Positions 14,251-25,243 of a DNA stretch of 64,000 nt are shown here, in pieces. The position numbers and the translations under genes are program-made. Positions within the stretch are counted from its first letter, which is position 1; the number at the start of each line of letters is the position of its first letter. The stretch is taken from positions 6,882,001 to 6,946,000 of the forward strand of contig CP110439.1 in assembly GCA_026914245.1 (NCBI GenBank), written 5' to 3'. The stretch is from Puccinia triticina. Taxonomy: Eukaryota. Under the pieces are notes generated by a model. That model searched no databases. It was not told the origin of the DNA and saw nothing but the letters and a program-made list of their open reading frames with translations.

Positions 14251-15079
14251 CGCTTTCCCGTTCCAGGTTGAATTCAAGACCATTGGCTTTCGAGGAAGGT
14301 TCAAATGGAGGATGTATGCTACGTGCGATTTTCGTGGGGCGGGTTGTAACCTGACAACGGCACGGTGAACGTTTACTTTATCTCACGTCTCTCGCGCTTA
14401 ATGTATTTTTGTCATTGGAGAAGTTCCCATGTTGATGATCAAAGGTGATGAACCTCTGCAGGAAAATAACGTCGAATTGTTTTGCTGTTGAATTATACAT
14501 TTCGCGCGTAATGAAAAGCTCTTGTATGGCCTTAACGATGAGTTCTCTCGCGGATGTGGTAGAGAAATCTTGTGGCCTTGACGACCCATGCTTTGCATGC
14601 CTCAGGGCCTTAACAGCAACAGAGCCTAGGTTGACAGGGCATTGGTTACAACCGACATCATCGGAGGAGAGGTGCTGAGACGGGAGCAGGTTTCGGGATG
14701 TCCCGCAGGTGTGAGGCCGGGATGGATTCACCTGGGCCATTGTAACTCGTTGGGCGCGATGGGCATGGTTCACTTGGCAGATGTATAATGATACGTTGTT
14801 TTTGGCATCCCTTCAAAGGTACAAGAAGAATCTGGCTGTTTGCCACGGAAGCCGTGGCATTCACGGGTGCAACACGCCTCGGGGAGAGCTGTGGCGTAGG
14901 ACGCGGTGTCGTGGCGGGCAGCGGATTATTGGGCGCTCAGTTGAAGTGGCAAATTTGCCTTAAAAGCTGTTGCCCTGGACTGACGAACTTTTTGTCAATC
15001 TAATCCAACGCCTCTCAGCTTCGGACAATCTCTTTCAAACTAACTGGAATTTCATTTAAATTGCTTGAAGCCATCCAAC

Positions 15080-15964
15080 ATGCTCCAAAAGGCGAAGATC
15101 ACTTTGGCCACTGGCGATTCATTTATAGATGGCGAGGATCGTTTGCGCTTTGTTGGAAAGTTCATTCCAGTTGGAGAAGTGAGTTGGTCTTGATATTTAA
15201 GCTTCGAAAAGAGACTCATGGCCCCTCTCAGGCACACCAATTTGTCAGGCATCCAAGTGGCGATACTCCCCGCGCGAGTAAGAGTTACGCGGCTTCGTCA
15301 GGGACGTGGACTCGCGGGAAGACAATTTTCCAAGTAAACTTAATGACGGCGGACAACTCAGATACACCGCTCGTAGCGGGCCAACTTTATGCGATTGAGG
15401 GAGAGATAAAAGGAGTAAACTTTATGCGTGTTCCTAAGCTGACTTGGACGCCTGGTGATCAGAGGAACTCGAACCTCAAGCAACATCACACGGAATGGAG
15501 ACGCGTCCAGGTTTCCGGTGTTGGGACTGTTGTTAAAATTAAGAGCAAGCCTTCCTGGCCAGACACGAGTGTCATTCTGGCGGATATTACCGTGGAGCAT
15601 ACAGGCGAGGTGCGGCGTCTGCTCTTTCTCTTTTGTAATTGTGCTGACGATTTCCAAAGCTGTCAAACAATGGAGTTTTCCGTGTGCGTTGTATATTAGG
15701 CTTGGCATCGGATGACTTCCCAAAAGGATTGAATTTATTCAACGGGAGTAAGATCGCGTATAAGGGGTCACTGGAGGGTTTTGGGAACAGGTCGTGTCGA
15801 ATGATTGTTGAGGTGAATGACTATGATGGAATCTTTGGCAAAGTATTGCTGCATTGGGCTGACGCTTTCATGCTTTTCAGGTTACCCAGGTGACCGTTTC
15901 ATCAGAGGATCTGCTGGATAATGATTCTGATAGGACGTCCAGCTCGCTGAATGTTGACTTTTGA
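15080..15964 (+). CDS. Second Helitron-borne 4-exon gene, divergent paralogue of 2009-3210
   Basis: Exons 15080-15178, 15232-15609, 15660-15812 and 15881-15964 join in frame. Three phase-0 introns sit at equivalent positions, and exon 3 is 153 nt in both genes. Confidence 0.72.
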
Positions 15965-16558
15965 AAATGTTTGTTTTCCTCGGAGGGTGTGGGTTGATTT
16001 GCTACTTGTAAAGTAGAAACCTTTTCTGCAGTGCGTTTTGCTGGGGGAATAAGTCATACTCCCGAGTCTTGTATTTCCAAAACACCTGTTGGTAATATGT
16101 TTAGCGCGCTCCCTCAGTCTTCTTTCTGTAACCATATCTTGTGGAGGAACTTAGCATTGATAAATTTGTAGTTGAGGTGTGTTACTTGCTGGGTGCGCCT
16201 TGGTCCTAAATGAGCCCCTCCTGCTTGACTTTTGAACATTTTTGGATGTTTCTCGCCTGGGCCAACGGTTGTCAGTCGGAATTTTAACTGCTTGTGATTG
16301 TCTTCAAGGCAAGATCTACAGGGTTAGAAAGTCAGTTGCGCGGCGGCCTTCTCCTTGGTGTCAGCAGGGCTGACGGTGCGGGGTTTCCTGGTGTCGCCGC
16401 TGTTTCACTTTCTCCAACAACCCTCTGGGTGCGGCGGCGTAGCCGCCTTGGACTCTAGTTTACATAATATTACACTGCATGTTTCACAAACCTTGTGACA
16501 CCTCCTTTGGAATTTCTTCATCAGAACTCCAAAATGTATTTTTACGGGATACAGCTTA

Positions 16559-17488
16559 GAGCATCCGCATTGGTGGCTAAGTTAGCCCGAGCTAATGCAC
16601 TTAGCCACACCGGTCATCTGCATAGGGTCGGGCTAAGACCCGGCTAACTTACAAAAAAGCTAGAATCCTGGCTAGCTCAAGCTAAATCTAGCCGCGCCTA
16701 GCTTCTTGGCTAGGGAGCTGCCCAAGGTACTCTCCAATCAACAAGTTGGTGAAAGCGAAACCAAATGGAACAACAACAATAATGAACAACAACAAACACA
16801 AACAACCACAAAAACAAACAACAACAAAGACAAAAAACAAAAAAACAAACAACAAGAAAACAAACAACAAAAAAACAAACAACAACTTTGATTGGTCTTC
16901 TTGCTCTTGCTTGCTCGCAGTCAATGAATTGATTGCTGGTACTCTCCTGGATCAGTTTTGGTTGGTTGGTCTTCTTGCTCTTGCTCGCTTGCCGTTGATG
17001 GATTGATCTCATTTCTCTTGCTCGCTAGCTTGCACTCAATAGATTGATAATTGCTCGCTTGCACTCAATTGATTCTCCTTCTTCCTCTTGCTTGCCCGTT
17101 TCTTCTTCCCCACTAACCATCTTGGTTTTTTTTTCTTTTTTTTTTTTTCTTCATTGAACTCAATCAATATTCATTAGTATTCCTCACACCCACTATGTAT
17201 ATCCTACTCATCTTTTCATTTACAATTTTGCTTGTTCATGTGTATTTTCTAACAAGATGAAAGGAGACAAGGTGTTTTTATTACTGCAGAACAGGAATTG
17301 GATGTGTTATTCTTGCGAGTCAATGCTGGCAAAAACAATGTGGTTGATACCACTGAAGACAAGCTATGTGATTTAACTTAGCTGGATAGTAGCTCCAACC
17401 AATGCGGTTGCAGGGGTCTGGCTAGCGCTAGCTGGATCTTGGATGACTAAGTTAGCTTGTGCCAACTTGGCCACCAATGCAGATTCTC
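16559..17488. mobile_element. Harbinger/PIF-like MITE with an internal AAC/AAAC-rich tract
   Basis: TIRs GAGCATCCGCATTGGTGGC / GCCACCAATGCAGATTCTC; TTA TSD on both sides. Confidence 0.8.
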
Positions 17489-18102
17489 TTACAAGCCTTG
17501 TTTTACAATGCTGTATTCACCCAGAAAAGTATTCCAACTCAGGATTACACACAAATTTTACACACCTCAATGCCTCAATCACGTTGGATTTCCACCCCCT
17601 TAAAAATATGTCCTTCCGCCTTCTATTGCCTCCTGCCTTCCGCCGACCTCATACGCCAGCTTCAAACTAACTCAACTAAGTCCCTCCCTTTGTGGAGGGG
17701 GGACGCCGTCCCGCAGGGACCCTCCGCCTCCTTCGGAGGTCGCTTCGCTCCCCCAATGGCGAAAAGGTTGACCTCGAAGACGTTTGGGTGCTGTTGTAGT
17801 GAGTAAACCAGCTGCAGTTACAAGCTGGCAATCACTGACGCTGCCTTCTGCACTCCTAGAACAAGCAAAAATGGCCTGGATGCCGCCTTCCAGGCATCCA
17901 ATACCAACATGTGTGAACTTGCATGGGACTGGGTTTGTATTATGTAGCCCTTTGTTGTGAGTCTCAATTGCGCTCTCCAACAAAATTGCTCCCCAGACTG
18001 GCAGGATTTTGACGTTACTACGGCTTTTCCCCTCATTGTAAGTCATTATGAGCTAGCATTGAAGAGATGAAAGTCTCATCTGAGCTTCACTTCTTGTCCG
18101 CA

Positions 18103-19110
18103 GAGCTCCGGGATTGGATGCTACAAAGAAAGGTCCGCTGGCCATGCTGTCAAAGTCCTCGTCAACTCCCTTGCCCCAAAAGCAAAGGCACGGCACAACA
18201 GAAGCTGGTCAGAAATTAAGTCAGCTAATTTAGTCCCAAGTGATATTGTTGCTTTCAAGGTGGGTTCCTTCATTTGGGCGTACTAACAAGGGTGGGAAGT
18301 TACGTTACGGTAATAGAGGGCTAATTGGATACCGTAACTTTTTTTTAGTTATCCAAATTAGCCATTTGGGTAACGTAACATTTTTTTTGAGTAACGTAAC
18401 GTGAAGTAGCTTTTTTTATTTTTGAGTTTTGGAGGTTTTGGATAACGTAACTTTTTTGGGGTGAAAATGTTTTGTTCAATGTTTTCAAAAAAGTGTTCAT
18501 TGGAATAATGGTTTTAGCATAATGGTTGGTGCTTGCCTCTTGCCGGTTTTTTGACATGCAGGTAGTGGGTTCAATTCTCACTGTGCACCTATTTTGATCT
18601 GACACCCTGGGCAGAAACTGGCATCAGTGGCTGTTTTATATCAACTTGAGCCCAATACGCACTCATATCAAACAAAAAAACCCACCAATAGTCATTTCCC
18701 TTGGAAAGTTACGGCAAAGTTACCCAAACTTGGGCAAACTTGTAACATACCCCATTTTGTTGAAAAATTCTGGGTAACGTAACTAGAAAACAAACAGCCC
18801 TTTTTCTGTGGCAGATATCGTAACTAAAATTAAGGTATCTGTAACTACTGGGTAACATAAATTTGAAAGTTATGTTACAGTTACGTTCCCAATTACGGGT
18901 AACGTAACGGCCCACCCTTGGTACTAATCATGTACTCTTTGCTAGGTTTTCTGATTGTCCTCTTTTTCCAGATTGGTGATGTGGTGCCCGGAGATCGTTG
19001 TATGTACAACACAATTAATGTTAGACCAAGCCGCCTTGACCGGTGAATCGCTTCCAATTTACAAATCAGTCGGCCATCAATGTTTCGGATCCATCTGCAA
19101 GCAGGAAAAC
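18103..19110 (+). pseudogene. Plasma-membrane P-type H+-ATPase (PMA1-like) fragment, actuator domain
   Basis: Translates ...AGHAVKVLVNSLAPKAKA...WSEIKSANLVPSDIVAFK / IGDVVPGD...DQAALTGESLP. Frameshifted, with a MITE in its intron. Confidence 0.85.
18287..18920. mobile_element. MITE with CAAGGGTGGG termini and 7-bp TSD (GTACTAA)
   Basis: TIRs CAAGGGTGGGAAGTTACGTTAC / GTAACGTAACGGCCCACCCTTG; GTAAC subterminal repeats. Confidence 0.85.
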
Positions 19111-19955
19111 ACTGAATCCAGCAATTCAGGCACTTATTCCAGCGATTGAAGACCCTCCAACAGTGGAAGATCAGCAAATCAAGGCGGCGGCAGATAAGAA
19201 GGTACTTGAGGGGGCATCTTTGGAGGCCGCCAAGGTTTCCATGGCTCAAACGAAGCCCAAGAGTACTGCCAGTCGGCCCCAAGAGAGTGTCCGTGCGACA
19301 CCTGGAGCGGAACAAGCAAGTGGTTGCAAACAAAAAGCCTCTGGGGAGTCAAGGCTTTGTAAAGCTAAATTTGGTTAGGGATGGTGGGGTTTGGCTATTG
19401 GGTATCCGTGGTCTCTTTTTTATTTTATTTTTCTCCATGTTTGGCGCTTTGAAATTTATCACCTGCAAATTTTTATATGGCTCGTAAATTTCACATTTTC
19501 TTTTGCCTGGTGAGAATTTTGCGACCGTTGTGAAGGCAAAAATACATCCCTTGTAAGTGAAGCCTTGTGAATTTGAAGTTTTTTGGCCCCACGCGCTATT
19601 TTGTGGGGCTTATTTTTTACAAGGGAGATCATTGTAATATAATCACTTGTGAAATTACATTTCAGTCTGTTGGACAAAAAAATTCCAAGGTATCTTTTAA
19701 AACTAGAGGCCAAGGTGGCTACGCCGCTGCAGGGGAATCAGCCTCTCATCACAACCTACCCCAAACAGTTTCCTCAACAAAAGGCTGGTACCCTGAGAAA
19801 ATCATGTGCCTTCAGTTCAAGGATTCAACTCAAACAATTGTGGCCTCCAAAATCACACTTTAAATTTTTATGTCAAGAGTGTGGCCTCAGCCAGCAATAC
19901 TGGATTTCTGAACTTTGATTAATTCCAAAATATGATTCTTGAAAGCTTATTTAAA

Positions 19956-20839
19956 GGGGCAGGCTAAATCCACACCAAAAAATTACTTCATCCACTCCAA
20001 AAATGGAGTGAACAGTAGTCCACTCCAACTTTCATTGGAGTGAACCATAGCCTACTCCAAATTTTGTTGGAGTGAACAAAATTACACTCCAAAAAAGCCT
20101 GTTTTTTGGAGTGTACCCATGATGCACTCCAAAAATTTTGGAGTGAACCCAATTCCAATCCAAAAGTATTTTTTCAAGGGAGATTTTTTCATATTTTTTT
20201 TTGGAGTGCACAGATGTTTACTCCAAATTTATTGGAGTGGATTAAGGCTTCTCAAATTTTTAAAAAAATGCAATTTGGAATCTGTATAATTGAAACTTGT
20301 AACTTTGAAAAATGTATTTTCCAAGTTCTTGGGATGCAGTACCAGGAAAACTTTATAGCAGTAGTATGCAGGTTACATGAATCAACCTAATTGAATCCCC
20401 CCTAATTTATTTCTGGTGAAGGTTTTAGTCATTGTAGAAACTGAAAGAATTGTACATACATCATTTTAGATGTATTTTAAATACACATATGATGCTGACA
20501 TAAGGTTTTGTTCCTCTTTGAGAACCCTGAATTCTTTCACTAGAATATTGTGGAAAACCACTCCAATAAATTTGGAGTGAACGTCTGTGCACTCCAAAAA
20601 AATGCATCATTTTACTTTGGAAAAAATATTTTTGGAGTGGAATTGGGTTCACTCCAAAATTTTTGGAGTGCATCATGGGTACACTCCAAAAAACAGGCTT
20701 TTTTGGAGTGTAATTTTGTTCACTCCAACAAAATTTGGAGTAGACTATGGTTCACTCCAATGAAAGTTGGAGTGGACTACTGTTCACTCCATTTTTGGAG
20801 TGGATGAAGTAATTTTTTGGTGTGGATTTAGCCTGCCCC
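19956..20839. mobile_element. Long-TIR foldback MITE (MULE-like), 8-bp TSD TATTTAAA
   Basis: Inverted arms over 250 bp starting GGGGCAGGCTAAATCCACACC, built from CACTCCAA/TTGGAGTG units. Confidence 0.88.
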
Positions 20840-21689
20840 TATTTAAACCACACTTCTCATCTCAATTCAATTTATGCTTTGGATTACAGAAATGCACACA
20901 AAATTTCAGAGACAAAATCAAAGTATCTATGTCACTTGTAAAATAGCAAGTTTTATAAAACCATACAGCCTGAGAGTATTGCTGCGTTATTATTTGAGAC
21001 CAGTGCGTGGGGCTTGGCAGCGCGGCAGGCCTGGTTAACCTTGCACATGGTCTTGCGGCGACGGACACTGGAGAGCTCCCGGGCAAGCTTGGCTAGGGGC
21101 GAGCAGTGGCACTTTGTTTGCTAGCTGGGCTGCCATTTTCAGATGGACCGTTGCATGGGCCATGTTGAAGAGCAGGTTCATCTGGCCCAGCAGGTACAAC
21201 ATGCCCAGCCTCCACAGGACAAAAAAAAGCATCAGCCAAGAGGGAGATTGTTTTCGAGACAGAGAAGACATATGTAAACACAGGCAAATTGTTGAAAGGC
21301 TAGGTTGTACTTGTAGGCACCCACGGCTTGGTACCAATCCTTGCAGGTCTGTTACTCCATGCCAATTGAACCAGGCAAGATAGTATCTGAGCAGTGTGGC
21401 GTTCTCAAAGTCTCTGAAGTCAAGCCAGGGGTCTTTGGGGTGATAGGAGGGGAAGGTGCCAGTGGCAAAGAGGTCGCCGCAGAGCTAAATGGCCTCGGCG
21501 CCGGCGGTGAAGAGTTCGCCGATCTTTTCTTTTTTTTTTTCTTTGTTGGTGATAAGGGGAAGATGGATTACCGTAGTCATCCCATTCCTGTTTGCTGAGG
21601 ACACGGATGTCTCTGAGGATGAGGTTATCTATATCAATTGAGAAGCCACCGTAGTCTAGAGAGGGCAGAGGAAGGGTAACAGTGGATTG

Positions 21690-22330
21690 ATGGCGTACAG
21701 CTCTGGTCAATAAGAGTGATTGTCGCCTAGCCTTGTCCACCAACCAGATTCCGGGGATGGTCATGACTACATTGACTGCGGCCAATACAAGACAACGGTC
21801 AGCCAGGGTGCTTTCTCATGAACTTTCTAAAAGAGGATTGGATACTCACGACATTGGTAATGATCATGATGGTGAAGGCGTTCTGGATCACACTGTTTTT
21901 GAAGAAACTGTGGAAGAACTCAAAAGTCAAGACCTGGTCATATGTAGTAGGCAAATGACACACGGCTTACGTTGTGCCGTAGTAGAAGATGAATTTGATC
22001 CTAAAAGAAGATAGAGAGAGGCAAGGTTAGTGAAAGAGTCTAGACAAGCAAGAGATTGATAAGTGGGTGATTCACCCGGTGAGCTGTTGGAGGGCTTGAG
22101 TACCCATATCAGTCAGCGTCCTGAGACAGGATAGAGAGGAGTCTGGAGAGCAACTTCTTGGCCTCTTCTTCGCGGCCCTTGAGGATCAAGTACTTGGGCG
22201 ACTCGGGCAGGATGTATAGTCCGAGGGACAAGATGAATGTCCTGACAAACTGCAATCCAAAGATGGGTTAGCATTTGATGGGTGGCACGACGGAGGAGGA
22301 AGGTGTGGGTTTACCTGGATGCCAATGGAC
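21690..22330 (-). pseudogene. MFS sugar (hexose) transporter fragment with introns
   Basis: Segments LPESPKYLILKGREEEAK, QALQQLTG, NFIFYYGT and VNVVMTIPGIWLVDKARR. Confidence 0.85.
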
Positions 22331-23632
22331 TTCTAGGTGAATTTGGTGGCTGAAGTATTTGAACATGATGGATAGGAAATGAGTCAGTAGGTCGCTCACG
22401 TCCGCTGTTGCACTTGCGCAGTTTGATGGGGGAATATTTGGTGGCCCCCCTGTGCGTAACCGCTGGGGGTCATCCTCTCACTGCTTTTTGACCTTGCTAG
22501 ACAAGGATGGGCAGTGGGCCACAGTGCATCAGCTTGCTGATGTTGGGTGGCAGGTTTTGGATTGCTGTTTTGTTGTACTACTTGTGCTAATTTTTTTTGT
22601 AGCTGCTATAGTTGCTGGGGGAAACTCTGGTAGTTTTTTTGGTGCCACTTGTAAGGGGGAAACCCTTGATTTTTTTTTTTTTGTGATTTTGTGATTTTGT
22701 AGGGGGAACCCTTGAAGTTTTGTTCCACGATTTACAGGCTTTAATATACTTGGATGCTTGTTTTACAATGGTAGAAAATATGGGAGGAGGTGTGGAAAAT
22801 TATGAATGCCTCCCAGCTTGTGATAATTTCACAATGGATGCAATTTACAAGGCTTATGACTTGTAAAAGAAGGTTTGTAAAATTCTACACCCCCGTTGTT
22901 TAGTGTACCACGCTGCAGATAAACCGGCACACAAACCATTGTGATAGTAACTTGGCTGTTGAGATGATACTTGTGCCCGGCCCGGGCAGGATAGTACATG
23001 CAAGAAAAAATTAGCAGGCATAGTGTTTACATGGTCCCAATCATGGCAATGAAGCTTTGCCTTGATCACTCATATTCATCAAGGCAAAGCTTCATTGCAT
23101 TAGCCCAAACTAAATAGGGGACCATCAGATATAATAACCAAAAAGCCGCGCCAGAGTTGACCCACACTTCAGTAACTTTCTTATCCCCATCTATTTTCTT
23201 TTTCATTGCCCCACATACCTCATTGCTATTGCATCACAAATCTTGTACCCTCAACCAAAATATCATCTTTGTGAAGAAATGGGTGATATGTTCAAATGCC
23301 TCCAATGCAATAAGTGGTCCAACACTAAGCATTTCCAGAACCATTGCTTTGATTATATTGTGTCCCATATGCAAAGTGCCCCTTCACAAACAGTGCTCTC
23401 CTCCCGTCCTGTCCCCTCCAGATCACTTAGAAGCATTCAACCAAGCCATATCCGTACCGCAGGCCCTTCTCACTTGCTGATTTCCCGCCGTATTTCCTCC
23501 ACACAACTTCAAGACACCGGAATGCGGATTTTCTACAAGGGTTTGGCCAAAGAGGCACGCGCGGCTAAAAAACAGGAAGCTTCCGTTCCAAAAAGTAGAA
23601 GGTCTAGTTCGTCTACCACTGATGCAAAGCAG

Positions 23633-25094
23633 TAGAGAATCTGCCATTGGACCCGCGGCAGGTACCTCCGGCACCCGCCCCGCACCCGCGCGCGGGTGCC
23701 GGGTGCGGGTGCGGGAGCCCCAGCTCCCCTGGATGCGGCGGAGTTTGGGTTGTCCAGACGAAGATGCTACAGCATAGCCTTGTTGTCCGGGAGGAATCCC
23801 TTCCAGGAGACGAGGCTGTTGTAGCCTTGTTGTCCGGGAGGAATCCCTCCCGGGAGACAAGGCTGTTGTTGAAAAGATTGGAGCAACTGAAATACATTGC
23901 TTTAATTTAAACTCCGGTATTTACAAGTTTACTTTGACTAAGTAAAATGAGAGAGGAAACACTTTTACCTGAAAGCAGCAGAAAGCGTTGCTGGGTTCGG
24001 AGTAAAAGGTTTTTCTTTTCTTAATGTTTGAGCTGGAGCAATGGGAAAGTGATAGGACAAGTCTAATAGGTTTGTTACGCCTTATCCTTGTTCTGTTTCT
24101 TCTGAATCTTAAACTCACCAAAGCAGGGACTAGTTGTTCAAATAACTTAGTCTTATCCTGTCGGTACGGATGAGCTACGGCTATTTCTGTGTTGTTGAGC
24201 AATGTTTGCCTTTCTTTGTCTGCAGAATCTCAGAGAGATGACTGCTACCTTTCTCAGTGCTGGCCGTAATCCTGGCTAGGAGTGAGTCTTGTGCCTGATT
24301 CCCGATACAATGCGCGAGGGGTCTGTTGAGTGTAAAAGTTGGTTAGCTTGTTACAAGTCCAACTTTTAGCTCTGCTTGCTTACGTACCCGGAGGCTTTCT
24401 TTGGTCTTCCTTTTTCCCTTCCGGTTTCCGTTGCGGTTGCCGTGTCTATGCATGACCGAGCGGTGCTTGTCAGCTATGGTTTAGGTTAGGGTTTTGGCTG
24501 GACTGCTAGAGGGGCTTACCTCTTTGTGCAGCTGGGTTCTGGGTTGGTTCTGTCCGCGCGAGCTCTCTGTTAGATTGCTGCATGTGGTCTGGGTTTTGTT
24601 CTAACCGCGCTAACTTCCGCGGGGGTTGTTGCGGGTCCGGGGCTATAATCTCACAGTTGTAGCCTCGTCGTCCGGGGGGATCCCTTCCGGTAGACGAGGC
24701 TGTTGTAGCCTCGTTGTCCGGATCCCTTGCGGAGGACAAGATACAGCCTCGTCGTCCGCAAGTGAACCCTTGCGGACAACAAGATACAGCCTCGTCGTCC
24801 GCAAGGGATCACTTGCGAGCAACGAGGCTGTTGTAGCCTCGTCGTCCCCGGATCCCTTGCGAGCGACGAGGCTGTTGTAGCCTCGTCGTCCTCGGATCCC
24901 TTGCGGACGACAAGACGACAACAGCCTTGTCTCCCGGAAGGGATCCTTTACGGCGGCACCCGCCGGTACACCGCCGGTACACCCGCTGCACCCGCCGGCA
25001 GGTGCCGGGTACGGGTGCGGGTGCCTATTTTTCAGGTAAAACGGGTGCGGCACCCGGGTGCCGCTGGCACCCGGGTTCAACGGCAGATTCTCTA
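23633..25094. mobile_element. hAT-like MITE with an internal palindromic array, interrupted by a solo LTR
   Basis: TIRs TAGAGAATCTGCC / GGCAGATTCTCTA; CACCCG subterminal repeats; the 8-bp TSD is degenerate (5/8 match). Confidence 0.75.
23870..24655. mobile_element. Solo LTR, 786 bp
   Basis: TGAAAAG...CTCACA with 5-bp TSD GTTGT; terminus related to the LTRs at 38385 and 50693. Confidence 0.85.
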
Positions 25095-25243
25095 CCAAGC
25101 CCCCATGCTGACACTTTTTCTCATGCTGATCCAATGACCTTGCACACCTCCCATAAAATTAGACACACTCATGACATGTCAAGCCATCATGCCATAAACA
25201 TCATGCACAGGCCCAGCCTCCTGCGACCAAAATTTGATATTCA

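Larger units (their letters stand above)
269..16458 (+). mobile_element. Helitron, full-length RepHel-type, containing a Copia insertion
   Basis: 5' end A|TCTAAGTATATTAAATCCAC. 3' hairpin GGCGGC-GTA-GCCGCC (16433-16447) followed by CTAG|T (16455-16458). RepHel lies inside, and both termini recur in two other elements in the window. Confidence 0.85.
19703..22754 (-). mobile_element. Non-autonomous Helitron carrying a sugar-transporter fragment
   Basis: On the minus strand, 5' end A|TCCAAGTATATTAAA...CGTGGAA and 3' end GCGGCGTAGCCACCTTGGCCTCTAG|T; both match the termini of 269-16458. Confidence 0.8.

Noticed and set aside
16688..17012. ORFs rich in N/Q/K or F/V/L
   Set aside because: Translations of an AAC-type microsatellite inside a MITE.
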